A stretch of DNA of 64,000 nt, taken from assembly GCA_027262695.1 (NCBI GenBank), contig GCA_027262695.1_4722.1; one strand, written 5' to 3'. A program made the translations under genes and the position numbers. Below, piece after piece: positions 39,601 to 49,229 of the stretch (positions within the stretch are counted from its first letter, which is position 1; every line of letters starts with the position of its first letter). The notes beneath the pieces were generated by a model, which was not told where the DNA came from, did no database searches, and saw only the letters and a list, made by a program, of their open reading frames with translations. This stretch comes from a phage.

Positions 39601-42600
39601 GGCACGTGAAGGTATCAACGGCATCACCACGGTATTAAGTTTACCAAGACTTTTAAAACGCGGTGCTACGGAGCTTTACAAGCATTTCGATAAAACACCT
39701 GACGTATACGTGACTGGTGAATCCACTCCACGTCTGCTTTCTCTGGTGATGGCGGCAGGCGGTTATTTCCGTAAGTCCGATGGGAAAGTCATCAAGCATC
39801 TGGAAGACATCGACGGTGATGTGGTTGACGCACAAGGAAACGTCATCCTGACCCACGCTGATATGCAGAAAGGGTTGGTCGATAAATACGGTAAGAAGAT
39901 ACGTCGCCTGAAAGAAAAGCTGATCAACTTCGGTGTGAAAGCTTTCACCTTACCGTTAACCTTATTGCGTAAGACAAAAGACATCCTGAAGAATCTCCCC
40001 ACGAAAGCCATGAACGGGTTGCGTCGTATGGGCCTGAACTTCCGTTTACCGGAAGAGGTGCTTATCGGTACAACCGCAGGCATGGTGGATCGTCTCGACG
40101 CTATTTATCAGCTTCTTGATAAACGCATGCCAGGTGGGGATAAGGATTATCGTGATTGGAACGGTGATGGTGTTCGTGAAGGATCGCTTGAAGATCTGAA
40201 ACGTAAACGCGCTGAGAAAGAAGGAGAAAAAGGAGAAGGTACAGGTAAAGGATCCGGGAAAGGAGAAGAGAAGGAGAAGAAAAAAGGAATTCTTGGGAGC
40301 CTTTTCGACATGCTTGGTGACACCGCACTTGGTAAACGTTTAATGGCGAGTCCGCTTGGAAAGATTCTGGGTGGCCTTGGATCCATTCTCAGCGGTGGTG
40401 CATCATTAACGGGGTTACTTGGGAAAGGTTTGCTTAAAGGCTCAGGCGCACTCCTCAGAGGGGGTTTAAGTGCTGCGGGTTGGTTAGGACGTGGTGCCCT
40501 GATGGCAGGCGGTGCTGCGCTTAATGCGGTAGGAGGATTATCCGGGCTTGGTGCTGCGCTTATCTCCCCGGTTGGGTTAGCGATTGCGGGCGGCGCATTA
40601 GCTGCCTATGCGGGTTGGAAAATCTATCAACATTTCGCTGATAAGCCTGACCCGATGCAGAAACTTCGTCTTATTGCATACGGTGCAAAAGGGGATGATA
40701 AGGACTTCAACAAGAAGTTATTGCAAACCGAAACCTACCTTACCGACCATGTGGTCATGACGGGAGATACCATCGGATTCAATCCAAAAGCAGATTCTGA
40801 AAAGATTCTTGAAATCTGGGAACTGTCATTGGAAGATACTGACCGGATGAATGAATGGAAGCGCTGGTATCTACATCGCTTTATCCCCGTTTTCGCTCGT
40901 GCGTTTAAACTCTGGAAAGAGCACATGCCGGACGAGAAGAAGTTCATGGAGATGGACGACTACCCCAACGGTGAGAACAAAGTCAAATGGTCAGAAGCCT
41001 TCATCTGGCCATCGGATAGTCCAGACAGCCCGTACTATGTTGAAGCTAACCCGTTAGGTTCGGCTGGCGCAACGTTATACATCGCGGGACAGGATGTTAA
41101 AAAGCTCATGGAAAGCCAGCTGGAAGTCATCAGGAAGGAATATCAAAACCAGATCAAGAAATACACGCACGATGAAGCGATTAAAGACTGGTCGAAGCTG
41201 TCTGACGCCCAACGTAAGTCCGTTGCGCCTAACGCGTTACGTGGACAGAAAGCCTCTTTACGTTTCAGCGATAACAAGTATAACAGTGCGGGTGTTAAAG
41301 GTCGTCAGAAACTGGACGCTACTGCGGTTGTTGAAAGCGTGGATCGTCGCGGTAAGAAATGGATGGCCGGTGGGTACATCGATGAACTTACCAGTTTACG
41401 TATCCGCGCCTACGGGTTAGAGGTTCCGCTGTTAAGCCAAATCAAGGTATTGATGGAACTGGAAGACGCGGTTGAACCTGGCGTTGTTGCTGAAGGTAAA
41501 GGCGTCAAATACGGCGGTAATCTCGCGGAGCTGTATAAGAAGTTCGCATCGAAATTCGGTCGGGATGTCAACGGCAAACAAGACCAGAACATCTGGTTTG
41601 CCTGGATGAACAACCGTTTCTTGCCGGTCTTCTTAACGTACTATCAGCAAGTTGGCGAGATGGGCGGACAAGGGCTGTTATCAGATGTTGTACAGAATCT
41701 GAAAGACAGCCAGCGTTGGGAAATCGGTGAGGCGTTGGTTGCTGCGCAATACAAGGATGAGAAGGGTGCGCTACAGCCGGTATGGTCGTGGAACAGTTGT
41801 GGTTTCTCTGGCACCAAAGCAAACATGTCCAGCAGTTCAACCAAGAGCCAACTCGATCTGTTAAAAGAATACGCAGATAAAGAGAAGGTTCGTGAGAAGA
41901 ACGCTGAAGCATCGCAGGAGGATGAAGATAAATTATCGAAAATCCAAGAGCAGTTGATGAAGCAAGCGGGATATGAGAAGAAGGACGGTGTTTGGCAGAA
42001 GAAATCACGTATCACGGGTGGGATGAGCAACGCGGAGGCGAACTACAATCCGAACCGTAACGAGGTTGGCAGAAGTAGCTTTACTGCTTCAGCAACCTCC
42101 AGCGCAGGTTTGGGTAGTGGTGGACCGGATATCACCGGGTTACCGAACATGGGACTGAAGAAACCCGCATCAGGTCCTGGTCCAGAAGCGGGTCGTCGTG
42201 CGGCAATTAAATCAGCGGTGAAGCACGGTATTACCGATCCGATGGAAATGGCGATGTTCTTATCGAACCTCGAACATGAATCCGGTAACTACAGGTATGT
42301 CCGCGAACTTAACTACACAAAACCCGACAGTCTGAAGAAAGCGTTCAGTCGTAAATTCAGGGATGAGCAGGACGCTGCCCAGACCATCAGCATGGGTCCA
42401 GAGGCGGTATTCGAACGTGTGTATGGAATGCGTAAGGATCTGGGAAATACCCAGAAAGGTGACGGAGCGAAATATCTGGGGCGTGGTTATATCCAGGTTA
42501 CAGGTAAAGCCAACTACGCACGATTGTCGAAGATCCTGAATAAAGATCTGGTTAGCGATCCATCGTATTTGGAAACCCCAGAAGGTGCAGCCGAAGGGAG

Positions 42601-43363
42601 TGTTGCGTGGTGGCTTAACAGGGGTAACGTATTACGCGATCCCGCAAAGCGTGGCGATGTTCGCCAGGTTCGTTACCTGGTTAACGGGGGGTATAACGGG
42701 CTACGCGATGTTGAGCAACGTTCAGCGTATTGGATTCAAGCTGCTAAAAGCGGTACATTGAAGAAAATGATGGATGAGGTTGCAGGTTCAACCTCAGACG
42801 ATCAAGCTGAAGGTCCGTCTACCGCCAGCCAAGTGAAGAACGAGGAGGCGCAAGAAACCAACAGCACACCAACATCAAGCAACGATCCGCAAGCACCGTC
42901 GGCAACCGCGACGCCTGAAGTCAAACCGTCAGCGGCCTCCGGTACCGCACCGGCACCCGGAACGGCAACACCGACACCAGGAAGTTTCGATACCGCAAAA
43001 GCTGCTGCTGGACAACCAGCGTCAACACCAGCGCCTAGCGAATTACCGTCAAACCCTGGTGCAAATCGAGGAATTTCAGTTCCAAATACACCTGCACAGG
43101 TTGCGCAGTCCGCAACACAAACATCGGCAGCAAGTGAAAACTTCTACGGTAGTGCAGGTGAGATTCTTCGTCAGCAGTTGACCGTGCAACAAAACATCGA
43201 GAAGAACACCGGTAAGACCAACGAACTGATCTCAGAATTGATCCAGGCTGTTAAAGGATCAACGATCGGTAAAGGTTCGACAGGATCTTCTCAACAACAG
43301 ACGATGTCGCTACCTAATCGTCCGCAAGGAATCTCTCCAACACGGACAAGGTACGCGCAGTAG
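36692..43363 (+). CDS. giant virion-associated protein with a C-terminal GH19 lysozyme-like domain (tape-measure or ejection-type)
   Basis: ORF 36641..43363 trimmed to the ATG after a GGAGG RBS; coiled-coil-rich N-terminal two thirds, Gly-rich hydrophobic block, GH19 motifs LEHESGN and YLGRGYIQVTGKANY plus SVAWWLNRG (about 42200..42760), then an Ala/Pro/Thr-rich tail; length close to phiKZ gp181 as recalled. Confidence 0.75.
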   Translation: MVDKTRVEGDDNWDNWDEDFSLDLDFDEPKDDRKPITRYAIGVAKGAAEDLTSYERMKEIARNALPKGYSDGMDLIDSAVGSTKELYNEAVRDILPKVQSSKRLAAQLTKKYRASMPDFSKKIIERWEQEAKEEDERKQAEADLKQRMANAGDEEIARKVAEALGEAANQNADQFAEQQAKESIRDDIADKRYNVTNKQMSAMQEGIAKMVGFNNEFAARYMRKSLELKYRSLAIQRASFDQHKKLAEVYIGLLQNIQKNTALPDAAKAKMSEEFRRTAYQRFFGNALNAMSSFENRFFADVKKNLATNALGALKGVVSGAHDALSGLNEARDSMSMMDGMGSEGDIKEMQGKMLGQLIGSTVAPWMANKGMTALRDLAKRHPNAKFANALKAVDQGGEAAAYTTRNVGKLLQEDLRKNEFNLSDPFYKQFLRGAGRWAFNLDGGRNFRVMNDTAETLAEQTSFDGLTYRSINEVIPGFLARILKSTEGIRTGENDPDYEVYDGISGQFVAQRTREQGVTDTLFNKRSFGYYAGRFNEVISVIDPDKQLSEKARKALAKQLARDSDANMAFDPARYTDESNFDRSIDRDAIKELSAYFKDRYGIRDDVDDEGNRQQVIENRGQYYTERNRADLRYGNLKSLQPDIQRNLNLLKRTGDVQYLERIGIVTRNSDGSYSVNHDRYFSEIDQYIDRPEYADRGDVNTRLSAQQTRALALGYRDDVASNADVQNRALPNLDRTTVGTVNIDENIGYEKWWNDAGVITTSLEDQNRAWQELYLEALQEASHQRETMLELLKAISEKEWGGSGVGRQGEPGGEESDDRSMLGRISDLTLGKAGSYAWKGAKGAAKFGWKWGRKAATWGAKRTWGSFVNSARRIINFNRFVFGALSKVDQVPFDIYVKGEDRPRILAAKLRQGLYFDEATGKAVKRMKDIKGPLVDADGNIVISAEDIEKGLITRAGRAFENSGLKAWAREGINGITTVLSLPRLLKRGATELYKHFDKTPDVYVTGESTPRLLSLVMAAGGYFRKSDGKVIKHLEDIDGDVVDAQGNVILTHADMQKGLVDKYGKKIRRLKEKLINFGVKAFTLPLTLLRKTKDILKNLPTKAMNGLRRMGLNFRLPEEVLIGTTAGMVDRLDAIYQLLDKRMPGGDKDYRDWNGDGVREGSLEDLKRKRAEKEGEKGEGTGKGSGKGEEKEKKKGILGSLFDMLGDTALGKRLMASPLGKILGGLGSILSGGASLTGLLGKGLLKGSGALLRGGLSAAGWLGRGALMAGGAALNAVGGLSGLGAALISPVGLAIAGGALAAYAGWKIYQHFADKPDPMQKLRLIAYGAKGDDKDFNKKLLQTETYLTDHVVMTGDTIGFNPKADSEKILEIWELSLEDTDRMNEWKRWYLHRFIPVFARAFKLWKEHMPDEKKFMEMDDYPNGENKVKWSEAFIWPSDSPDSPYYVEANPLGSAGATLYIAGQDVKKLMESQLEVIRKEYQNQIKKYTHDEAIKDWSKLSDAQRKSVAPNALRGQKASLRFSDNKYNSAGVKGRQKLDATAVVESVDRRGKKWMAGGYIDELTSLRIRAYGLEVPLLSQIKVLMELEDAVEPGVVAEGKGVKYGGNLAELYKKFASKFGRDVNGKQDQNIWFAWMNNRFLPVFLTYYQQVGEMGGQGLLSDVVQNLKDSQRWEIGEALVAAQYKDEKGALQPVWSWNSCGFSGTKANMSSSSTKSQLDLLKEYADKEKVREKNAEASQEDEDKLSKIQEQLMKQAGYEKKDGVWQKKSRITGGMSNAEANYNPNRNEVGRSSFTASATSSAGLGSGGPDITGLPNMGLKKPASGPGPEAGRRAAIKSAVKHGITDPMEMAMFLSNLEHESGNYRYVRELNYTKPDSLKKAFSRKFRDEQDAAQTISMGPEAVFERVYGMRKDLGNTQKGDGAKYLGRGYIQVTGKANYARLSKILNKDLVSDPSYLETPEGAAEGSVAWWLNRGNVLRDPAKRGDVRQVRYLVNGGYNGLRDVEQRSAYWIQAAKSGTLKKMMDEVAGSTSDDQAEGPSTASQVKNEEAQETNSTPTSSNDPQAPSATATPEVKPSAASGTAPAPGTATPTPGSFDTAKAAAGQPASTPAPSELPSNPGANRGISVPNTPAQVAQSATQTSAASENFYGSAGEILRQQLTVQQNIEKNTGKTNELISELIQAVKGSTIGKGSTGSSQQQTMSLPNRPQGISPTRTRYAQ

Positions 43364-43411
43364 TCATTAGTTCGGGGTGGGGAATCCCCACCCCCTTCTT
43401 GAGGAATGGTA

Positions 43412-45554
43412 CATGGGTATTCTTGTTCAAAACGCCCTCATCACAAAACAAGCCTTTTTATTACCCGGTGACAGCAGCACGCTTAGTGCTGACATGATTA
43501 AAGCGAGACATACACCCTATTCCTACGATAACGTCGATGATACAACACTGGGTGGTAACTGGGTACTTAACCCGCCACCGCAATATACGAAATTTGCTGA
43601 TATCAAAGAACGACGACGTGCGGTTATGCCTGGATCAACGGGCATGGGTCGAGGCTATAGTGAAAGCATCAACAGCTTTAAAGAAGTTGTTACCTTACGA
43701 TTCGGTAAACCGCGCTTTACCGGCGCAGCTATCTTCTTTACTGACTTCTACGACGCGGATGTTGCGGTTACCGTGAAAACCGGTCGCGATCCCGGTATTC
43801 TTTATTACGCCGCCAAAGCGTATACCACCGTGCTTTCTTACCTCACACCGTTACCCTATATCTACATGCTGGGTCGTATCGGTCGATACTTCATGGGCAA
43901 ACCGACCAGCCAGTATTATTATCAAGTACCGACCATGCACGTTTATTGGTCTTCGTTCCAGACGTTGGTCAACCAAGCAGCAATAAACATGGGTATTGTT
44001 GCAGGGATGGGTAAGGACAAAGGGTACGTTGAGGAAGGCGGTACTGTACTCCACCAATTCTCGATTGGTGGTCAGGATGTTGAAGAATTCATCAACTACG
44101 CTTCTAAAACGCTCCCAGGCATTTACAAGAAAGGCGGTGGGATCGATATCTATCAAATTGCAACACGTCGTCAGCGTATACAGAACGCATGGGTTCGACG
44201 TATTCAATCCATGATGGAAAACGATTACGCGTCTTACGAGGAATTCTGGAACGATCTTGATAAACGACTTGATAGCGGCGCGTTTCCATCGGACGTTACC
44301 GGTCGTACGCTAACACAATACCTTGCTGATACACAGAAGTCTGCTGTTTACAGTGCAGCAGCAGGTGATAACAAACAGACGATGGACGACCTGTTATTCG
44401 GAAGGGCTTCCTACAGCAACAAAGATGCTGATGCTAACTTCAATGTCTCTGCTGCCACCTCCGACGGCGGTACGTCAACACATAGTCAAGGTACGACAGC
44501 CAACGTCGGTAATTCAACATCAGGGACCACACAGGCTTCAACTACAGCATCAACGGCTGGAGGTGCGAACGTACAGAGCAAAGGCATCGGGCAAACGAAT
44601 GCGGCTGAAGAAGCGACGTTCCTTGATCTGATGGATGCTGAACTGGCCGATGGTGCTCAGTTTATCAGTTTTCGAGTCGATTCCGTAACCAGTGTAACCG
44701 AAACATTCTCAAACAGTGCATCGGAAAGTTCAATCGCTCAGACGATGAACAGCAAAGCGCAAGCGAACATCGAACGGCGCTTTACGTTGTCAGGTGGTCA
44801 AACCGGTTGGGGTACGCTGGACGCGGCGATAAAGGGTGTGTCGGATACCATCAACGGTGCTATTTCAGGAATGGGTTTGGATGGTATCTTTGGTGCCTTC
44901 ATGGGTTCTGGCTTCGCAGACATTCCAAAGTTCTATTCTGGGTCATCGGTAAGCCTTCCACGTGCAGATCTGACAATGGAATTACGTTCCTGGAGTGGAG
45001 ATCGTTGGTCGATCTTTACGAACCTCATGGTACCGCTTTTAGCGATCCTTGCAGGCGGTTTACCGCAGTCTACCGGTAAATCGTCTTACGGGATGCCATT
45101 CATGTGCGAGTGTTATATTCCTGGTAAGGTCCAGATTAAAATGGGTCTTATTGATAATATCACAGTTACACGCCATGTCGGGAACGTGCCGTCAACACGT
45201 GAACGCTTACCGTTAGGTATTGATGTCAGTTTCAGTGTGTATGACCTGTCGTCGATCGTTGCAATGCCGATCACCACCACAGCAGCATCATTAGCAAAAT
45301 TGGATCCTCGTGGCTTCTTAAGTGATCTTCTTGCTGATGATACGCCGCTGAACAACTATCTTGCTGTGTTATCGGCGTTGACGCTTACCGAACAGGTTTA
45401 CATGGTCCCGGATTTAAGTCGTCGTATGCATAAGACCATGGCTGATATCGATAGTTTCTGGAGCAAAGGTAATTTTGCTAACTGGTTATCGGACACCATG
45501 CCTGGCAGGATAGCATCAGGGCTGTTATGGAAACGTACCGAACGACCGTTCTGA
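43412..45554 (+). CDS. hypothetical protein with Ser/Thr-rich linker (possibly structural)
   Basis: ORF 43377..45554 trimmed to the ATG with a GAGG RBS; follows the giant protein in the same direction. Confidence 0.6.
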
Positions 45555-45570
45555 TATTCGCCGCATAGAA

Positions 45571-45602
45571 CCCTCCTCCAACCCGTAAGGGAAGGAGGAG
45601 GG
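45571..45602 (+). terminator. terminator hairpin CCCTCCTCCAACCC-GTAA-GGGAAGGAGGAGGG
   Basis: Long GC stem with a GNRA (GTAA) tetraloop followed by TTTATGTT; the identical 32-mer recurs at 58419..58450. Confidence 0.6.
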
Positions 45603-45608
45603 TTTATG

Positions 45609-46676
45609 TTAACCTAACGTCACTGTCGGTAAATCAGAATAAAGTTTCTTCAATCCTGCCATCGTGGTCGTCGTTGTGTAATTCTTACCCACCACAGCAA
45701 GCGATGCGTATTTCTTACTGCGTGAGAAAAGAGAATAAAACCCACTGGAGGTTTCCATCCACATCGTGAGGCGTTCTGCATCCTTACCGTGGTAATTCGT
45801 TTTACCCCATCCTGGTTTAAACGCATCAGCAAAATCAATTAAACGTGACGCTTCAGCGTCGTATTCTTTAAGGGTGATGTACGACGGTATACGGTAATTA
45901 CGAAACAGCAAAGTAATCAGTTCAGGAACCACGCTACGTGCGCGTTCAGCCGTAATAAGTTCGGTGATAACAGCAGCTGTACGGAAATCGCCGTTCTGTC
46001 CAACGCTACTTAATGACTCTGCTAAAGTGGTTGCCATCGCCACTTTATCTTCCGCTGATCCTGAATCATACAAACTACGCACGTCGATATAGTTGCCCGC
46101 TAATGCAGCTTGACGAATCAACGACGTAACAACAGTTTGGTTCGTCTTGTAGTCGTTATAGCTGAACGACGTACGTTCCTTTCCTTGATCAGAAAGATAC
46201 TGATCAACGATCGTAGACAGTTTGTAATACTCATCGCCAGACATCAGACTGTCGAGAAGTTTTACATTACCCTCTTTATCGATAAGCTTCCCTAGCGCAC
46301 CATTAGACTGTTGGTTGATGGTGCTGTAAATCTGATCTTTGACTTGCGATAAGATGTTATCCGTTGATGTGATATTCAAGCCGGTAACATCTTTGATCTT
46401 ATTCATTAACGCGTTTTCATTCAGCGAGATTTTACCGCCGCTGATGTCGATGAAAGAGTTAAGATCACTGATGGAAATCAGGTTTCCTGTTAACGCTGAT
46501 AATGTACTGTTGATGCTGTTCGTAATACTGCTACGAAAACTGGTTAACGCGTCTGCTGCTGAAACAGCGGTACCGCTAACCGCTTTAAGGAGCGTGTCAC
46601 GCCCGGTTGAAAAATCGCTGGTGATAGTTTTGATCTTGGACGTATCTATACTCGGCAGTTTGTCGTAAAGACTCAT
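45609..46676 (-). CDS. hypothetical Ser/Thr/Ile-rich protein (possibly structural)
   Basis: ORF 45609..46727 trimmed to Met 18 (MSLYDKL), which has a CAGGAGG RBS. Confidence 0.55.
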   Translation of the reverse strand: MSLYDKLPSIDTSKIKTITSDFSTGRDTLLKAVSGTAVSAADALTSFRSSITNSINSTLSALTGNLISISDLNSFIDISGGKISLNENALMNKIKDVTGLNITSTDNILSQVKDQIYSTINQQSNGALGKLIDKEGNVKLLDSLMSGDEYYKLSTIVDQYLSDQGKERTSFSYNDYKTNQTVVTSLIRQAALAGNYIDVRSLYDSGSAEDKVAMATTLAESLSSVGQNGDFRTAAVITELITAERARSVVPELITLLFRNYRIPSYITLKEYDAEASRLIDFADAFKPGWGKTNYHGKDAERLTMWMETSSGFYSLFSRSKKYASLAVVGKNYTTTTTMAGLKKLYSDLPTVTLG

Positions 46677-46758
46677 CACGTCCTCCTGAAAAAGAAAAAA
46701 GAAATACGGCATAAAGCCTACCCACACAATGGTGGGTAGGCTAAGATCAACATCGATG

Positions 46759-47271
46759 TTAAACTTCTTCGTTTTCTGAACCTAATGATTCAGCATCTGG
46801 ATCGTCAACAGGAACGGTTGCATCAAAATACCGCTTCGTATGCGTGGTTGTGTACCCTACGCTATCCGTAATGGAAATCGTAAACGTCACTTCCCTTGCA
46901 CGTATTAAACGCAACTTGTTCATGAAGTTCCGAAAAGGCATGGATCCACGATTCAACTCCTTGATGACGTTTCCTCGAATGCTGGAAATGTCTTTATTCG
47001 TTTTATCGGGATGCCGTTTCTTCACGTCACGCATATGTCGGGTGATATACGAATTGAGCTGATTTGCGCCGATCCCTCTCTCCGTATAAATCTGCAACAA
47101 GAACTCCGTCAGGAAATCCTGTCTACCCGTAGGCGTCCAGAAGTTGTTACCGTGGTTATAGTTAGTCGCTCGTCCTCGATTACTTTGAGGATTTTCATCA
47201 TCGCTTTCGTCACGACGCTTAAGCGGATTAATGCGTGCGCGAAAAGAGACTTCGTTATATTTATCTATCAT
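46759..47271 (-). CDS. hypothetical basic protein
   Basis: ORF 46759..47316 (TTG start in track) trimmed to the first ATG (MIDKYNE); RBS weak. Confidence 0.45.
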   Translation of the reverse strand: MIDKYNEVSFRARINPLKRRDESDDENPQSNRGRATNYNHGNNFWTPTGRQDFLTEFLLQIYTERGIGANQLNSYITRHMRDVKKRHPDKTNKDISSIRGNVIKELNRGSMPFRNFMNKLRLIRAREVTFTISITDSVGYTTTHTKRYFDATVPVDDPDAESLGSENEEV

Positions 47272-47783
47272 AGTACACCAGTGTATTGACTGAGTGCGAA
47301 GGTTAGGAGTTCGCAACAGTCTCTCGCTAGTTTCCTTGTTTTGCGTAATCCATAAGCCGCATCCAAATCGTCACGTTCCGCCAGCGCGTCTAACCACGTC
47401 GCAAGTATGCGTCCATACTCGATAACGTCACGCATGAGAACGTCGAACTGGATAACACGACCATCGGCATCAGCAAGCCAACGATTGAATGTAATTTGTG
47501 GTGCTAATATTGCATAGGTTCTCTCCTCTAATGTTATTATGTTTATGTTGCCTTCGTTATCGAACGCTTGATGCCAACGGCGTAGGTCAAGCATCAACGA
47601 CTCAGCATCCATATACCACAACGGTAAATACGTTTTACGTGCAACACGTATATCGTAGATGTTGTGAACCCAGGACGTTGTTTTATAGAGCAACAAGAGT
47701 TCGTTTAACCGTTGCCTATCATCTTGAAACGTCTTCCTTTTATAACGTTGGAAAGCACGCCTCAAGAAAAAGCGATGTAACAT
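47268..47783 (-). CDS. hypothetical protein
   Basis: ORF track, 171 aa; ATG start confirmed in the sequence. Confidence 0.55.
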   Translation of the reverse strand: MLHRFFLRRAFQRYKRKTFQDDRQRLNELLLLYKTTSWVHNIYDIRVARKTYLPLWYMDAESLMLDLRRWHQAFDNEGNINIITLEERTYAILAPQITFNRWLADADGRVIQFDVLMRDVIEYGRILATWLDALAERDDLDAAYGLRKTRKLARDCCELLTFALSQYTGVL

Positions 47784-47851
47784 GGCATCACCTATGTATC
47801 ATTCTTGCAGGTATCAATGATACCGTCACAAGAAGGTAACGTTTTACGTCG

Positions 47852-47875
47852 CCTCCATGACTGTTATCATGGAGG
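47852..47875 (+). promoter_or_regulatory. leader hairpin CCTCCATGA-CTGTTA-TCATGGAGG with a nearby T-tract upstream of gene 47918
   Basis: Perfect 9-bp stem with a T7 run about 18 nt downstream; overlaps a CTATATTAC box on the minus strand. Confidence 0.3.
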
Positions 47876-47917
47876 TAATATAGTCCTGATATTTTTTTCA
47901 ATACGGAGAATAGAATA

Positions 47918-48532
47918 ATGAGCGAATACGGTGTTGTCCCCGTAGATGATGAACCGCAAGAGGCACCCGATAAATTCGAGGTCCGTCTCGATGAAACTCG
48001 TAACATCCGTCAACGATTTATTCAGCGTCTTGAAATGCTGTTAGATAGCGAATTCAAGGAATTTGAGCATAATCCCGGTGCGGATAATAAAGCCATCGTT
48101 GACGTAGAAAACGTCGACCGAATCGGGAAACTATTGCTGAAATCGTTGGGTGATAATGATAAAGTCGACTTAACGCTGAAACGTATTAGTGCTGACCAGG
48201 CCATGAACGACAGCGCATTGAAAACAGCGCAGGCCCTAACCGAAACCATGCTGCGCCGCTTAGGTCAGATGGATCAACATCCTCTCGCAGCAGGGGCTGT
48301 TTATGATGGCGAAGTCGTGCAACCGGTTACACCGGAAGAGCGCGATCGTCGACTTGGTTTTGCGTCGTTGGAAGAATTCGACAGCAAAGAGTTTTCACCG
48401 GGTATTCTCATCCAGGGACGTGTTGAAGAAACCAGCGATGCTTTTTACGCTAGAATGGCTCAACTGACGGCGTCGGTTCGTGAAGAGGTGTCTCAGCAGA
48501 TGACTGCTGAGGACGCACGCGAGGGGGAATAA
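47918..48532 (+). CDS. hypothetical acidic protein
   Basis: ORF track, 204 aa; GGAGAA RBS. Confidence 0.6.
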   Translation: MSEYGVVPVDDEPQEAPDKFEVRLDETRNIRQRFIQRLEMLLDSEFKEFEHNPGADNKAIVDVENVDRIGKLLLKSLGDNDKVDLTLKRISADQAMNDSALKTAQALTETMLRRLGQMDQHPLAAGAVYDGEVVQPVTPEERDRRLGFASLEEFDSKEFSPGILIQGRVEETSDAFYARMAQLTASVREEVSQQMTAEDAREGE

Positions 48533-49229
48533 AATAACTGAACCATTTTATTCCAAAGAACCGCATGAACATCACGGGTGCGTTAGAAAGTTCAATCGCT
48601 TCGTAAAGTTGATCGTAAGCCAGATCGGAGTCAGGAATGGTTTCGCTGATCCGTCTGGCTACCACCAATACGTTACAAATCGGATTATCTTCCAACAGCA
48701 TTTGATTCGGGAGATGCCAACGTTTGAAATCGTAAAAGAACATCGCGTTATACGTTTTACGGATTTCTGCGGGATGCATCGTCGCCGGATGACGGTAGAT
48801 AATCTCGACGATATCTTGCGCACCGAGATACTGTTGAATACCCTCTTTTAACGCAACAGCTGCATCACCGACAAACTCAAACGGGTATGTGTTGACATGA
48901 ACCGAAAAATCCGGCGATGCGATACCGGTTAATCGATCCTTCATGTAATCCGCAACCACATAACACAACCGCCACATTAACTCCGTAGGAATGCATTTAT
49001 CGAGAATGGTTTCGTCAATATTTGCTAACGCGTTCTTAAACTCCTCGTAGGTGTAGTTTACTCCCGCCTGTTTCTCAGGTTCCAGGTTATAGGGCCTGTA
49101 ATGCCATTTCTTTCCCCACTTCCTGATCGCTTCTGGATCCAACGTTGTCGCTACTGCCATCTCAATGTCGAGCAGCGCTTCGAGTTCGACATAAACCGTA
49201 ACATACGCTGCGCTTTCAATCATCATCAC
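48450..49229 (-). CDS. hypothetical protein
   Basis: ORF track, 259 aa; its 3' end overlaps the 3' end of the convergent gene 47918..48532 by 83 nt. Confidence 0.5.
   Translation of the reverse strand: MMMIESAAYVTVYVELEALLDIEMAVATTLDPEAIRKWGKKWHYRPYNLEPEKQAGVNYTYEEFKNALANIDETILDKCIPTELMWRLCYVVADYMKDRLTGIASPDFSVHVNTYPFEFVGDAAVALKEGIQQYLGAQDIVEIIYRHPATMHPAEIRKTYNAMFFYDFKRWHLPNQMLLEDNPICNVLVVARRISETIPDSDLAYDQLYEAIELSNAPVMFMRFFGIKWFSYFIPPRVRPQQSSAETPLHEPTPSVEPF

Noticed and set aside
40200-40280. Short tandem GGAGAA/AAAGGA repeats that look like a repeat array
   Set aside because: They encode a Gly/Glu/Lys-rich low-complexity linker inside the giant protein; not a CRISPR array or non-coding repeat.
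36895-42030. Multiple antisense or alternate-frame ORFs inside the giant gene (e.g. 38372..38815, 41568..42008, 39763..40083)
   Set aside because: All lie within the continuous 2240-aa reading frame, which has coherent domain features; they are shadow ORFs.
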